Assembly: GCA_045563015.1 (NCBI GenBank)
Contig: JBJKUQ010000002.1
Span: 1 to 55,552, forward strand
Direction: 5' to 3'
Source: Alphaproteobacteria bacterium
GTDB taxonomy: Bacteria; Pseudomonadota; Alphaproteobacteria; Methylaequorales; Methylaequoraceae
DNA: 55,552 nt
Positions 29,057 to 39,300 of the stretch are shown one piece after another (positions within the stretch are counted from its first letter, which is position 1; the number at the start of each line of letters is the position of its first letter). Both the position numbers and the translations under genes were made by a program. Under the pieces are notes generated by a model. It saw nothing but the letters and a program-made list of their open reading frames with translations, made no database searches and was not told the origin of the DNA.

Positions 29057-30387
29057 TGTTAAAAAAAATTCTCGTAGCTAATAGAGGGGAAATAGCACTC
29101 AGAATTCTTAGAGCATGTAAAGAATTAGATATCAAGACTGTTGTAGTTCATTCAACTGCTGACGAAAAAGAAATGTTTGTAAGACTTGCTGACGAAAGCG
29201 TTTGTATTGGCCCAGCACATGTTAAAAATTCATACTTAAATATTCCTTCAATTATCTCTGCGGCAACAATTGCGAATGCAGACGCAATCCATCCAGGTAT
29301 TGGGATGCTTGCAGAAAACTCAAATTTTGCAAAAATTGTAAGTGATCATGGTTTTAAGTTTATTGGACCAAAGCATGAACATATTGCTAATATGGCTAAT
29401 AAAATTCAAGCAAAAGCTCTGGCAAAAAGTATTGGTCTCCCAACAATTCCTGGGAGCAAAGACAATGTAAAGGATATATCAGAAGCAAAAAATATAGCCA
29501 AAGAATTAGGTTATCCCATAATTATAAAATCAACAAACGGTGGTGGTGGAAGAGGAATTAAGGTTGTTAAAAAAGAAAAGGATCTAAAAAATAACTTTCT
29601 CCTTGCAAAAAAAGAAGCCGAACAAAGCTTTGGAAATGGTGACCTTTATATAGAAAAATTTGTAGAAAACCCTCGTCATATTGAAATACAAATTATTGGT
29701 GATGAGTCCGGTAACATTGTCCACCTTGGTGAAAGAGAATGTTCAATACAAAGAAGAAATCAAAAAATAATTGAAGAGTGTCCTAGCCCAGCAATAAATG
29801 AGACAGAAAGAAAACGAATTTGTGAAGTTACAACAAAGGCACTACAGAAAATCAATTACTTTAATATTGGAACTGTCGAATTTTTATACAGTAAAGGTGA
29901 TTTTTTTTTTATGGAAATGAATACAAGGTTACAAGTAGAGCATACAGTAACTGAAGAGGTCTATAAAGTAGATATTGTTAAAGAGCAAATAAGTATTTCA
30001 AGTCATAATAGACTTTCAATAAATCAAAGTGATATTAAACAAAAAGGACATTCAATTGAATGTAGAGTTAATGCAGAAAATCCTATTACATTCCTTCCAT
30101 CAACAGGTAAAATAAAAACTTATCATCCACCTGGAGGGCCTGGTATAAGAATTGATTCTGCTTTATATACAGGTTGCAATATTAGTTCCTTTTATGATGG
30201 GTTAATTTCTAAGTTAATTGCTACTGGTAATAGTAGACATGAATGTATAATGAAGCTAAAAAGGGCATTAAATGAGTATGTAATTGAAGGTGTTCAAACT
30301 AATATTCCTTTGCTAAAAAAAATAATTAGCACCAAAGACTTTATAAATGGTCAATTTGACATTAACTGGATGGACACACAATATTAA
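29056..30387 (+). CDS. accC: Biotin carboxylase
   Basis: ANRGEIA, GGGGRG, ERECSIQRR, EMNTRLQVEH. Confidence 0.97.
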   Translation: MLKKILVANRGEIALRILRACKELDIKTVVVHSTADEKEMFVRLADESVCIGPAHVKNSYLNIPSIISAATIANADAIHPGIGMLAENSNFAKIVSDHGFKFIGPKHEHIANMANKIQAKALAKSIGLPTIPGSKDNVKDISEAKNIAKELGYPIIIKSTNGGGGRGIKVVKKEKDLKNNFLLAKKEAEQSFGNGDLYIEKFVENPRHIEIQIIGDESGNIVHLGERECSIQRRNQKIIEECPSPAINETERKRICEVTTKALQKINYFNIGTVEFLYSKGDFFFMEMNTRLQVEHTVTEEVYKVDIVKEQISISSHNRLSINQSDIKQKGHSIECRVNAENPITFLPSTGKIKTYHPPGGPGIRIDSALYTGCNISSFYDGLISKLIATGNSRHECIMKLKRALNEYVIEGVQTNIPLLKKIISTKDFINGQFDINWMDTQY

Positions 30388-30391
30388 AATA

Positions 30392-31015
30392 ATGTTTCTT
30401 TCACCAGAGATTATAATAAAAAAATATAACATGGGATTGTTCCCAATGTCTGATTCACATTATGACCCTTTCATTTACTGGGTGGAACCAAAAGAAAGAG
30501 GTATAATTTATTTAGATGAATTTAGAATTACAAAAAGTCTAAAAAAAATTCTTAAGAAAAATTTATTTGAAATAAAGGTTAATCAAAATTTTGAAAAAAT
30601 TATTAAATCGTGTGCAATAAACTTTAAACGCAACTCAACATGGATTAATGACCAAATAATTGAAAATTACGTTGAGCTTAATAGAAAAGGTATTGCTAAA
30701 TCAATTGGTTGTTATGAAAAAGGCAAGCTTGTCGGTGGTTTGTACGGAATAGTTCTGGGTAAAATTTTTTGTGGTGAAAGTATGTTTAGTCTTAAAAAAA
30801 ATTCAAGTAAAGTATCACTTGCATATTTAGCAGCACATTTAAAAGAAGGTGGGTTTAAATATATTGATACTCAATTTTATTCTGACCACCTTAAACAATT
30901 TGGAACAAAAAAAATAAGTAAAAATGAATATCGTCAGATAATAAAAAAAGATGGGAGTTATAAGACTAATTTTCCAATACATATTTCAAAGTATATATTA
31001 GAATATTTTAGTTGA
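30392..31015 (+). CDS. aat: Leucyl/phenylalanyl-tRNA-protein transferase
   Basis: Y..GLFPM, TWI, LVGGLYG, FCGESMFS. ATG at 30392 preferred. Confidence 0.93.
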   Translation: MFLSPEIIIKKYNMGLFPMSDSHYDPFIYWVEPKERGIIYLDEFRITKSLKKILKKNLFEIKVNQNFEKIIKSCAINFKRNSTWINDQIIENYVELNRKGIAKSIGCYEKGKLVGGLYGIVLGKIFCGESMFSLKKNSSKVSLAYLAAHLKEGGFKYIDTQFYSDHLKQFGTKKISKNEYRQIIKKDGSYKTNFPIHISKYILEYFS

Positions 31016-31396
31016 TTGTTTCTTTAAAAAAATTGGATCTTCAAGTAAACATTTTTCTAATTTTATATCAAAAATAGGGTTTACAGGAGAATTAACGTAT
31101 TGGCTAGATTTAAAAATCCAACCTAAAAAATTTTTATTTTTTTGATCTGAAATTTTATGACTTAATAAAGCAATTTGATCCTGAACACCAGAATCTTCAA
31201 CGATAAGGCATTTTAAAATTTTAACCTTAGCATTATCAAGTTCCAAAGTTTGAGATAATGGTATATCATAAGTAATTTGCTCAGTTGTAATTTTATTTAT
31301 GATTCTTAATTTAGCGCCTTGGCATTGCATAGTATTTTTTTTTGCGAATGATAATGTGCCAAAAACAATGATTATGAGAAACAAATAAGATTTCAA
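30998..31396 (-). CDS. DUF2155-like exported protein
   Basis: Signal peptide, A.LR.INKIT, F.GWIF.SS, PIFDI.L..C; aat-mlaD context. Confidence 0.75.
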   Translation of the reverse strand: MKSYLFLIIIVFGTLSFAKKNTMQCQGAKLRIINKITTEQITYDIPLSQTLELDNAKVKILKCLIVEDSGVQDQIALLSHKISDQKNKNFLGWIFKSSQYVNSPVNPIFDIKLEKCLLEDPIFLKKQSTKIF

Positions 31397-31397
31397 T

Positions 31398-31619
31398 TTA
31401 TTTTTTTCCTAATGAAAATTCCAAAAGATCTATAAGTTCAATTATTTTTTTCTTAAAATCTTTTTCATCGCAACCTATAAGAACTGCATCATCAAACGCA
31501 TTTTGTATCGTAGTTTCTATCTCTGTAAAATTTTCATTTAAAACTTTATTGGTTTCATCACAGGAAATAATTTTTTTTTCTTTAGAATACCATAAAAGTT
31601 TTTCTACTTTTTTTGACAT
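31398..31619 (-). CDS. Small conserved hypothetical protein
   Basis: ISC.E..KVLNEN..E.....Q.AFDDAVLIGCDE pattern; 1-3 nt spacing to both neighbours. Confidence 0.75.
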   Translation of the reverse strand: MSKKVEKLLWYSKEKKIISCDETNKVLNENFTEIETTIQNAFDDAVLIGCDEKDFKKKIIELIDLLEFSLGKK

Positions 31620-31622
31620 TGT

Positions 31623-32063
31623 TTATTGTGTAGCAAGAAATATAATTTTACTAACTTGATCTTCTATTGATTCATAGTCTTCAACATTTTTTATTTCTTC
31701 ATTAACACTTAGCAAATCAATAAAATCTCCATTTGGTGATATTGACAAGTATTTATTTCCTAATATTCCATCACTTGCTACCTTAACAGTACTTTCTTTA
31801 GGAATTTTTATATTCTCATAAACTTTAAAATCAACAACTGCAAAATAATCTTTATCCAACGAAACACCACTAATTACACCAATTTTTACACCTCTCATTT
31901 TAACATCATTACCAATATTTATTCCTCCAGCTTTTAAAAATTTAGCTCTTAAATTATATGTTGATTTATTATCAGTATTGACGTCAATAAATTTTAGTAG
32001 AAATGATATTGCCAGTACAAGCGTTAAAAGACCTAATATTGATTCTATATAATTTTTTTTCAT
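31623..32063 (-). CDS. mlaD: MlaD/MCE-family lipid-asymmetry protein
   Basis: N-terminal TM helix, Y.L.AKF..AGGI..G.DV..RGVKIG, SDGILGNKYLSISP. Confidence 0.88.
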   Translation of the reverse strand: MKKNYIESILGLLTLVLAISFLLKFIDVNTDNKSTYNLRAKFLKAGGINIGNDVKMRGVKIGVISGVSLDKDYFAVVDFKVYENIKIPKESTVKVASDGILGNKYLSISPNGDFIDLLSVNEEIKNVEDYESIEDQVSKIIFLATQ

Positions 32064-32497
32064 AATTTATTTTTTTCTCCTATTTTAATTATATTATTTA
32101 ATAGATCTTGAAGAAGAATTGAATCCTCTGCAAAAGAAAATGAATCACCTTTTTCCATGTAATCATCGAGTCCACCTAGTTCAATCAAAAGAAATTTTGA
32201 CCCAAACAAACCGTCAGTTTGAATTGAAATAGACGAATCACTTGTAATTTCAACATCTTTATTAATTTTCATTATGACAGTTGGATGATTTTTTTTTAAA
32301 AAAATCTTATCAACAAACCCAATTTTGATACCAGATATCATTACAGATGCACCTTCGTTAAGTCCATCTGTTTTATTAAATGTAGCAAAAATATCAATCA
32401 TATTTTCATCTTCACTATTTCTATCAATAAGCATTAAGTCAAATAGAATGACTACTACAAAAAAGCCCAAAAAGAATTTAGAAAAAGAACTATTCAT
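32060..32497 (-). CDS. Second MlaD/MCE-family protein
   Basis: TM helix, ATFNKTDGL..GASV.ISGIKIG, IQTDGLFGSKF. ATG at 32497 preferred. Confidence 0.85.
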   Translation of the reverse strand: MNSSFSKFFLGFFVVVILFDLMLIDRNSEDENMIDIFATFNKTDGLNEGASVMISGIKIGFVDKIFLKKNHPTVIMKINKDVEITSDSSISIQTDGLFGSKFLLIELGGLDDYMEKGDSFSFAEDSILLQDLLNNIIKIGEKNKL

Positions 32498-32855
32498 CTG
32501 GTGACCATCTTGTATAACTTTTCTTAATTTTAACATTTTCTTTTTTTTGTTTATATTCATATGCATAGTTTGTACCAGTAAAATTAGGAGTATGATCCTT
32601 AAGCCAAGTAGGCTTTTTTTCTTTTTTTTTTGGTGGATTATCTAAAACATGATGAAGCCACGCATTCCATTGTTGTGGAACTTTGCTGGCTTCTACTATA
32701 CCTTTATAAACAACAAATCTTCTTTCTCTATAATTATTTTTTCGTGATAAACTTTTTTTTTTGAAATAAAAATTTCCATAATCATCAGTTCCAACTTTTT
32801 TTGTAAAAAGATGACAATATATTTTAAAAAAAATAGAATTGTAAGATAATCTCAT
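32490..32855 (-). CDS. NADH:ubiquinone oxidoreductase accessory subunit, NDUFA12 family
   Basis: [40 protein letters not shown]. Confidence 0.92.
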   Translation of the reverse strand: MRLSYNSIFFKIYCHLFTKKVGTDDYGNFYFKKKSLSRKNNYRERRFVVYKGIVEASKVPQQWNAWLHHVLDNPPKKKEKKPTWLKDHTPNFTGTNYAYEYKQKKENVKIKKSYTRWSPDE

Positions 32856-32889
32856 TATATATAATATTAAATTAATAACTTACACTATC

Positions 32890-33711
32890 ATGAATTTCAA
32901 AGAAATAAAAAACTTCACTGATCGTTTTCTTGAATCCTACAAGCAAAAATTTAACAAAAATTCTAAAATTGATACCGTTGATAGTAATAAAATTTTAAAG
33001 CAATTTTTATCTGAATTTATTGTTGAAATTAAAAAATTAAAAATACAACAATCTAATGAAAGAAATAAGTTGCCTCATCGGAGAAAAGGCTACACACAAA
33101 AAGCTTCTATTAATAGCCATAAAGTATACTTAAGAACTGGCGAATATATGGACGGATCTTTGGGTGAGATATTCATTGATATGCATAAAGAAGGTGCAGC
33201 ATTTAGAAGTTTAATGAACAACTTCGCTATTGCTATCTCTATTGGTCTACAATACGGTGTTCCTTTAGAAGAATTCGTTGAAGCTTTTACCTTCACAAAA
33301 TTTGAACCCAGTGGAGAAGTAAAGGGAAATGCAGAAATAAAATTTTCAACCTCTATATTAGACTATATTTTTAAAGAATTGGCGATCTCATACCTTGGAA
33401 GAGACGACTTAAGTAACGAAAAAAGTAATCAAACAACTGAAATTCTTCCAGAATATAACAATAAAAAAAATAAAGATAAAAGTGCAGAAACTGTCTTAAA
33501 AAAATTTACAAGTAAAGGCTTTATGAGGAAAAAAGTATTTGATGGTAACTTTACACTAATTAGCTCAGAAAACTCTAGGAATGAAACAGAAAAAATTAAA
33601 AATATTAAGAATTTTCAAGGAGACCCTTGTGATAAATGCGGAAACTTTACAGTCTATAAAGAAGATAACCTTTTTAAATGTCTAACTTGTCTTCATAAAT
33701 TTGATGAGTAA
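32890..33711 (+). CDS. Stand-alone C-terminal (TSCPD-like plus Zn-ribbon) module of class II ribonucleotide reductase
   Basis: [70 protein letters not shown], CxxCGNFT...CxxC. No catalytic RNR domain. Confidence 0.85.
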   Translation: MNFKEIKNFTDRFLESYKQKFNKNSKIDTVDSNKILKQFLSEFIVEIKKLKIQQSNERNKLPHRRKGYTQKASINSHKVYLRTGEYMDGSLGEIFIDMHKEGAAFRSLMNNFAIAISIGLQYGVPLEEFVEAFTFTKFEPSGEVKGNAEIKFSTSILDYIFKELAISYLGRDDLSNEKSNQTTEILPEYNNKKNKDKSAETVLKKFTSKGFMRKKVFDGNFTLISSENSRNETEKIKNIKNFQGDPCDKCGNFTVYKEDNLFKCLTCLHKFDE

Positions 33712-34183
33712 TTTTTTATCAAAAAAATTAATTGAATTAAACCTTGGAAGAAGAAATAAACTTGCTGCATTGGCTAATTATGTGCCATTTTATATTTACG
33801 AGAATTTACTTTTTATTTCAGGACAATTACCAATTGAAAATGATCAACTTAAATTTCAGGGAAAAATTGATACTGATATGAATACAATTGAACAGTCGGA
33901 ATCTATTGTTTTAACTACAACTAACCTACTATGGACACTAAGTGATGCTATTGATAACTCACAAAATAAAATAAAAGAAATCAAGTGTATAAATCTTAAA
34001 GGTTATTTGAATACCTCAAAATCTTTCAAAAATCATTCTATTCTTTTTAACCTAGCATCAGATTTAATTATTAATGTTTTAGGTAAAAAAAATGGAAGTC
34101 ATTCAAGAAGTGTTATTGGAGTGAATTCATTACCAAAAGAATCTCCAATTGAAATTGATGCTATTTTTGGTCTTAAATACTGA
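33704..34183 (+). CDS. RidA/YjgF-family protein
   Basis: [23 protein letters not shown]....EI. Confidence 0.88.
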   Translation: MSNFLSKKLIELNLGRRNKLAALANYVPFYIYENLLFISGQLPIENDQLKFQGKIDTDMNTIEQSESIVLTTTNLLWTLSDAIDNSQNKIKEIKCINLKGYLNTSKSFKNHSILFNLASDLIINVLGKKNGSHSRSVIGVNSLPKESPIEIDAIFGLKY

Positions 34184-34194
34184 TATTTTTTTCT

Positions 34195-35316
34195 GTGAAC
34201 ATCTATACAATTCCATCTATTAACAAACAAAAAGATTTTTGTGATAAAAACCTATCTGATAGTTCACCTTTTATCTCTTCAGAATTTTTTGAAAAACTAG
34301 AATCAAACAAATGTACAAATATTGATAAAGGGTGGATACCCGAACATATTATAATTGAAGAAAATAAAAAAGTTGTTGGAATGATTCCTAATTTTAGAAA
34401 ACTTAACTCAAATGGTGAGTATGTTTTTGATCACATTTTTGCTAATGCATATAATAGTGTTGGGATAGAATATTACCCAAAATACTTATCAGCTATTCCA
34501 TTTACACCAGTGAACAGAAAAAAATTTATTTATGGCTCTAAATCCATAAACGATAATTTACTTTATAAAAATCTAATCAAACTTTTTATTAAAAAGAAAA
34601 TTTCATCATTTCACATTAATTTTGTTGAAAAAGAGGTTTCTGAAACTTTAAAGAGTTTTGGTTTTTTTCAAAGATTAGGTATTCAATATTACTGGTATAA
34701 TGATTCATATGAAAATTTTGAATCTTTTTTATCTAAATTAAAAAGAAAAAAAAGAAAAAATATCTTAAAAGAAAGGAATTATTTTAAAGAAAATAAAATT
34801 GAATTTTTTGTCAAAAAAGGTTTAGAAATTAAAAAAAAAGATATAGATCTGTTCTATCAATGCTATCAACATACGATCAGAAAAAAATGGAGTGTTGCAT
34901 ATCTAAATAATTCCTTTTTTAATGACCTGCTAAATTCAAACATAACAAACGATCTTATATTAGTTCAGGCTTATAAAGGTAATGATTTTCTGGGTTGTGC
35001 ACTTCATTTTTTAGGAGACGATACTATATATGGAAGATATTGGGGAGCATTATATGAGGTCCCTTATTTACATTTTGAATTATGTTATTATCAAGCTATT
35101 GAGTTTGCCATAAAAAAAAAAATAAAAAAAATCGAAGCTGGAGCCCAAGGAGAACATAAAATCTCAAGAGGTTATGTTCCTAAAATAACTTATAGCAATC
35201 ACTGGTTTGTTAATAATAAATTAAGTGGGTTAATCAATGACTTTTTTCTTCAAGAGAGAAATAAAGTGATGGAATCAATCAATTATCTGGAATCTTTTGT
35301 ACCGTTTATGGATTAA
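34195..35316 (+). CDS. GNAT/FemAB-like protein (DUF482-type)
   Basis: S.GEYVFD, YYPK...AIPFTPV, RKNI.KER, YGRYWG, LHFELCYYQAIE, EAGAQGEHK..RGY.P. Confidence 0.88.
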   Translation: MNIYTIPSINKQKDFCDKNLSDSSPFISSEFFEKLESNKCTNIDKGWIPEHIIIEENKKVVGMIPNFRKLNSNGEYVFDHIFANAYNSVGIEYYPKYLSAIPFTPVNRKKFIYGSKSINDNLLYKNLIKLFIKKKISSFHINFVEKEVSETLKSFGFFQRLGIQYYWYNDSYENFESFLSKLKRKKRKNILKERNYFKENKIEFFVKKGLEIKKKDIDLFYQCYQHTIRKKWSVAYLNNSFFNDLLNSNITNDLILVQAYKGNDFLGCALHFLGDDTIYGRYWGALYEVPYLHFELCYYQAIEFAIKKKIKKIEAGAQGEHKISRGYVPKITYSNHWFVNNKLSGLINDFFLQERNKVMESINYLESFVPFMD

Positions 35317-37567
35317 TTGAAATATTATTTTTTTCATTTTTCTTAATTGTTATTTTAAAGGAGTTATCTCTATTGAGATCAATAAAAACTGTGCCAGATG
35401 ATTGTTTTGATTTAAGAATAATTTCCGATAATGGAACTTTAATTTTTTCTTGAATAACTTTAGCCATTGGTCTTGCACCATTATTCTTATCAAAACCTAA
35501 ATCCTGAACCTTCTTTTTAACTTTTTCACTAACATTTAAAGTTAAATCTTTATCAACTAAAAGTGTTTCTAATTCCATAAGTAGCTTATCAACTATCTTC
35601 ATTGATTCTTTTCTACCTAACATTTGAAAATTAATAATTGCATCTATTCTGTTTCTAAACTCAGGACTGAAAAAACTACTAATAGCTTTCTCATTATCAT
35701 TGTTTGAAAAATCCCCAAGAAAGCCAATTTTTTCTTTTATAATTTCATTAGCACCTATGTTACTTGTCATGATTAATATAACATTAGTAAAATCTATACT
35801 TTTACCCATGTGATCAGTAAGTCTTCCATAATCCATAACTTGAAGAAGGATATTAAAAACATCTGGATGAGCTTTTTCTATCTCATCTAATAAAATTACT
35901 GAAAAAGGGTTTTTATCAATAGAATCTGTAAGTAAACCACCTTGATCATAACCAACATATCCTGGAGGTGCACCAATAAGCTTAGATACACTATGTCTTT
36001 CCATATATTCAGACATATCAAATCTTACAAAGTTTATTTTCATTACATTCGCTAATTGTTTTGAAAGCTCTGTCTTACCTACACCAGTTGGTCCTGTGAA
36101 CAAGAATGAACCAATTGTTTTATCTTTGTTTCTGAGTCCTGTTTTAGATAATTTCATAGCTGAAGATAAAGCAGATATAGCTTTGTCTTGCCCAAAAATA
36201 AGTGTTTTAAGATCTCTTTCAAGATTTTTAAGTTTGATTTTTTCATCTGATTTAATTGAATTTGGCGGTATATTAGCAATCTTTGACAGGGTCTCTTGAA
36301 TATCACTTGTTTTAATATTTTTTACTTTTCTTTTTTCATCAATCTTAACCGAAGCAGCTGTTTCATCCAAAAGATCTATTGCTTTATCGGGAAGCTTTGT
36401 ATTGAGTAAATATTTTTTTGATAATTTAACTGCCTCAGTAGCACATTCATCCTCAAAAGTAACAGAGTGAAACTTTTCATAAAACTTTTTAAGTCCTTCA
36501 AGTATTTTTATTGAATCATCCAAAGATGGTTCATTGATATCAATTTTTTGAAATCTCCTGCATAATGCTCTATCTTTCTCAAAATAATTTCTGTATTCAC
36601 TGTAAGTGGTTGATCCAATACACTTCAAATTACCACGAGTTAATGCTGGTTTTAGAATATTAGATGCATCTATTGATCCAGAACTTGTCCCTCCTGCACC
36701 GATTATTGTATGAATCTCATCTATAAAAAGTATTGAGTCATCATGACTCTCAAAAAAATTTATTAACTTTTTTAATCTTTCTTCAAAATCACCCCTAAAC
36801 CTTGTACCAGCTACTAAGCCTCCCAGATCCAATGAAAATATTTTCATATTTTGAAGTGGGAGTGGGACTTCCTTTTTTACAATTTTTAAAGCTAATCCCT
36901 CAGCCAATGCAGTTTTACCAACTCCTGGATCTCCAACAAAAATAGGGTTGTTTTTGTTCCTTCTTGACAAAACATGAATTGTTCGCAAAATCTCCTTGCT
37001 TCGTCCAATAATTGGGTCAATTTTATTGTTTTCTGCTTTTTCATTTAGATTTACACAATACTGGCTTATAAAGTCTTTTGTATCAACTTTTTCATCTGAT
37101 TCATTTTCACTGTTATTAGCAAATACGGGTTCATCATTTTTTTTAATTCCGTGGGAAATATAATCAATAACATCTAATCTGGTTAAATTTTGTTTTTGAA
37201 GGAAATACACAGCGTGAGATTCTCTTTCACTAAAAATTGAAACCAAAACATTTTTTGCACTTGCTTCATCTTTTCCAGAGGATTGAACATGAATGACAGC
37301 TCTTTGAATCACTCTTTGAAAACCCAGTGTAGGCTTCACCTCTTCTGAGGAATTATTAACTAGCTCATTTAAATTATCATTTAAAAAATTTTCCAGTTCA
37401 TTTTTTAGTAAGTTTACATTTATATCACATGACTTAAATACTTCTGAGGCATCTTCATCCTCAATTAATGAATATAAAAGATGCTCAATAGTCATGTATT
37501 CGTGCTTTAAATTTGATGCACATTCTTTTGCTCTTTGTAATGTTTTTTCTAATTCATCTGATATCAT
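35306..37567 (-). CDS. clpA: ATP-dependent Clp protease ATP-binding subunit ClpA
   Basis: [19 protein letters not shown], two Walker A motifs ([17 protein letters not shown]). The ATG at 37567 overlaps the clpS stop. Confidence 0.96.
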   Translation of the reverse strand: MISDELEKTLQRAKECASNLKHEYMTIEHLLYSLIEDEDASEVFKSCDINVNLLKNELENFLNDNLNELVNNSSEEVKPTLGFQRVIQRAVIHVQSSGKDEASAKNVLVSIFSERESHAVYFLQKQNLTRLDVIDYISHGIKKNDEPVFANNSENESDEKVDTKDFISQYCVNLNEKAENNKIDPIIGRSKEILRTIHVLSRRNKNNPIFVGDPGVGKTALAEGLALKIVKKEVPLPLQNMKIFSLDLGGLVAGTRFRGDFEERLKKLINFFESHDDSILFIDEIHTIIGAGGTSSGSIDASNILKPALTRGNLKCIGSTTYSEYRNYFEKDRALCRRFQKIDINEPSLDDSIKILEGLKKFYEKFHSVTFEDECATEAVKLSKKYLLNTKLPDKAIDLLDETAASVKIDEKRKVKNIKTSDIQETLSKIANIPPNSIKSDEKIKLKNLERDLKTLIFGQDKAISALSSAMKLSKTGLRNKDKTIGSFLFTGPTGVGKTELSKQLANVMKINFVRFDMSEYMERHSVSKLIGAPPGYVGYDQGGLLTDSIDKNPFSVILLDEIEKAHPDVFNILLQVMDYGRLTDHMGKSIDFTNVILIMTSNIGANEIIKEKIGFLGDFSNNDNEKAISSFFSPEFRNRIDAIINFQMLGRKESMKIVDKLLMELETLLVDKDLTLNVSEKVKKKVQDLGFDKNNGARPMAKVIQEKIKVPLSEIILKSKQSSGTVFIDLNRDNSFKITIKKNEKNNISINP

Positions 37568-37881
37568 TATTCTGGTTCCATAATACATTTAAGAGGGTGT
37601 TGATCACTTTTAGCCATTTTCATAACAGTAAATACCTTTGTTTCCGCAAGTTCTTTGGTAAATATCCCACAGATTCCCGAACCTTTATTATGAACCATTA
37701 GCATAATATTGATAGCCTCAGTCTCAGATTTATTAAAAACCATTTTCAAAATTGAAACAACATACTCCATTGGTGTATAATCATCATTAAGAAGAATAAC
37801 TTTGAAGAGTTTTGGTCTTTGTTTTTTAGTTTTTTGCTTAACTAAAAGTTGGCTTGAAGGGTCTTTACTAGAATCGTTCAT
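37567..37881 (-). CDS. clpS: Clp protease adaptor ClpS
   Basis: KVILLNDDYTPMEYV, IML.VH..G, AETKV, HPL.C.ME. Confidence 0.97.
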   Translation of the reverse strand: MNDSSKDPSSQLLVKQKTKKQRPKLFKVILLNDDYTPMEYVVSILKMVFNKSETEAINIMLMVHNKGSGICGIFTKELAETKVFTVMKMAKSDQHPLKCIMEPE

Positions 37882-37914
37882 ATATTATAAAATTAGTTAA
37901 AAAAAACTGAATTT

Positions 37915-39300
37915 TCAAGAAAATATTTTTTCACTTAAATCAGAGTCAACTAATGATAACTCTCTGACAACTTTTTTTTTTTGACTTTCAAGTCCCTCCT
38001 TAGTCTTAGATTCACACCTTAGAACGAGTGCAGCCTGTGTATTTGACGCTCTAAGAAGCCACCAACCATCATCTTCATTAACTCTTACGCCATCAATATC
38101 AATAATCTTTTTGTTTTTCTTTTTTTGATTAAAAACAACCTTAGAGATAATTTCAAATTTTTTTTTATCGTCACAATCTATTCTTATTTCAGGAGTGTTA
38201 AAAGATTTAGGAATTTCATCTACAAGTTGAGAAAGTTGTTTTTTATTATTAATAATTAATTCAATAACCTTTATCGCAGCATAAAATGCATCGTCAAATC
38301 CGTAATATTCATCAGCAAAAAAAATATGACCACTCATTTCACCAGCTAAATCAGCGTTAAATTTTTTCAAATTATTTTTAACATGGCTATGCCCTGTTGC
38401 TGACATTATTGGATCCCCCCCATTTTTCTTAATTTCATCAAATAAAACTTGGCTACATTTAACATCAGCAATTATTTTAGCTTTTTTATTTTTTAAAAGT
38501 TCATTGGATAAAATTAACAATAACTTATCACCTGATACAGGTCTTCCTAAATTATCAATAACTCCTAACCTATCTCCATCACCATCAAATGCAAAACCAA
38601 CATCAAAATTTAATTCCAACAGTTTTTCTCTACAAAATATAAGGTTTTTTTCTTCTGAAGGGTCAGGGTGATGATTTGGAAAATTTCCGTCTATTTCACA
38701 AAATAAAAGTTGTGTTTTTCCATTAATCCTCGTTGAAAGTTTTTTAACAATATTACCCGCTGCACCATTACCCGAATCCCATACAATATTAATTTCTTTT
38801 TTTTGATCAAAATTCTTCAGAAGTCTGGAAATATATCTTTCAGTTATGCTAATAGTTTTAACCTTCCCTTCCTTTTTTTTAAACTTGAATTTAAGAGCTT
38901 TCTTTTTTAATTTAATCAAATCGTTCCCAAAAAAAGGTTTATTGTTTTTTACAATTTTAAATCCATTATGATCTTTCGGATTGTGTGATCCAGTAACGAT
39001 AATTCCACCATCTGCATTCAAATCATAACATGAATAATAGAGTAATGGTGTTGGTGACAAACCTATCTCATTAACATTAACACCAACTTCCACAAGACCA
39101 TCAATAAGGTGTTTTTTTAAGTTTTTTGAAGAAATCCTTCCGTCATAAGCTACGTTTACAACCTTATCTTCCCCTAATTCTAGACCAAATAAATTACCTA
39201 ATATTTTTGCATCGTTATCTTTAAGTGTATTATTATATATACCTCTTATATCGTATTCTCTAATGATAGTATCTTCAAATCTGTGGTTTTTATGATGCAT
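37915..39300 (-). CDS. Phosphomannomutase/phosphoglucomutase
   Basis: REYDIRG, TGSHNP, FDGDGDR, GEMSGH, RASNT. Confidence 0.95.
   Translation of the reverse strand: MHHKNHRFEDTIIREYDIRGIYNNTLKDNDAKILGNLFGLELGEDKVVNVAYDGRISSKNLKKHLIDGLVEVGVNVNEIGLSPTPLLYYSCYDLNADGGIIVTGSHNPKDHNGFKIVKNNKPFFGNDLIKLKKKALKFKFKKKEGKVKTISITERYISRLLKNFDQKKEINIVWDSGNGAAGNIVKKLSTRINGKTQLLFCEIDGNFPNHHPDPSEEKNLIFCREKLLELNFDVGFAFDGDGDRLGVIDNLGRPVSGDKLLLILSNELLKNKKAKIIADVKCSQVLFDEIKKNGGDPIMSATGHSHVKNNLKKFNADLAGEMSGHIFFADEYYGFDDAFYAAIKVIELIINNKKQLSQLVDEIPKSFNTPEIRIDCDDKKKFEIISKVVFNQKKKNKKIIDIDGVRVNEDDGWWLLRASNTQAALVLRCESKTKEGLESQKKKVVRELSLVDSDLSEKIFS

Noticed and set aside
37987-38000. 14-nt match (TTCAAGTCCCTCCT) to the tRNA-Met 3' half, a possible att duplicate
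   Set aside because: It lies inside the intact pgm coding sequence, in inverted orientation relative to the tRNA, with only core-type genes in between. Coincidence is most likely.
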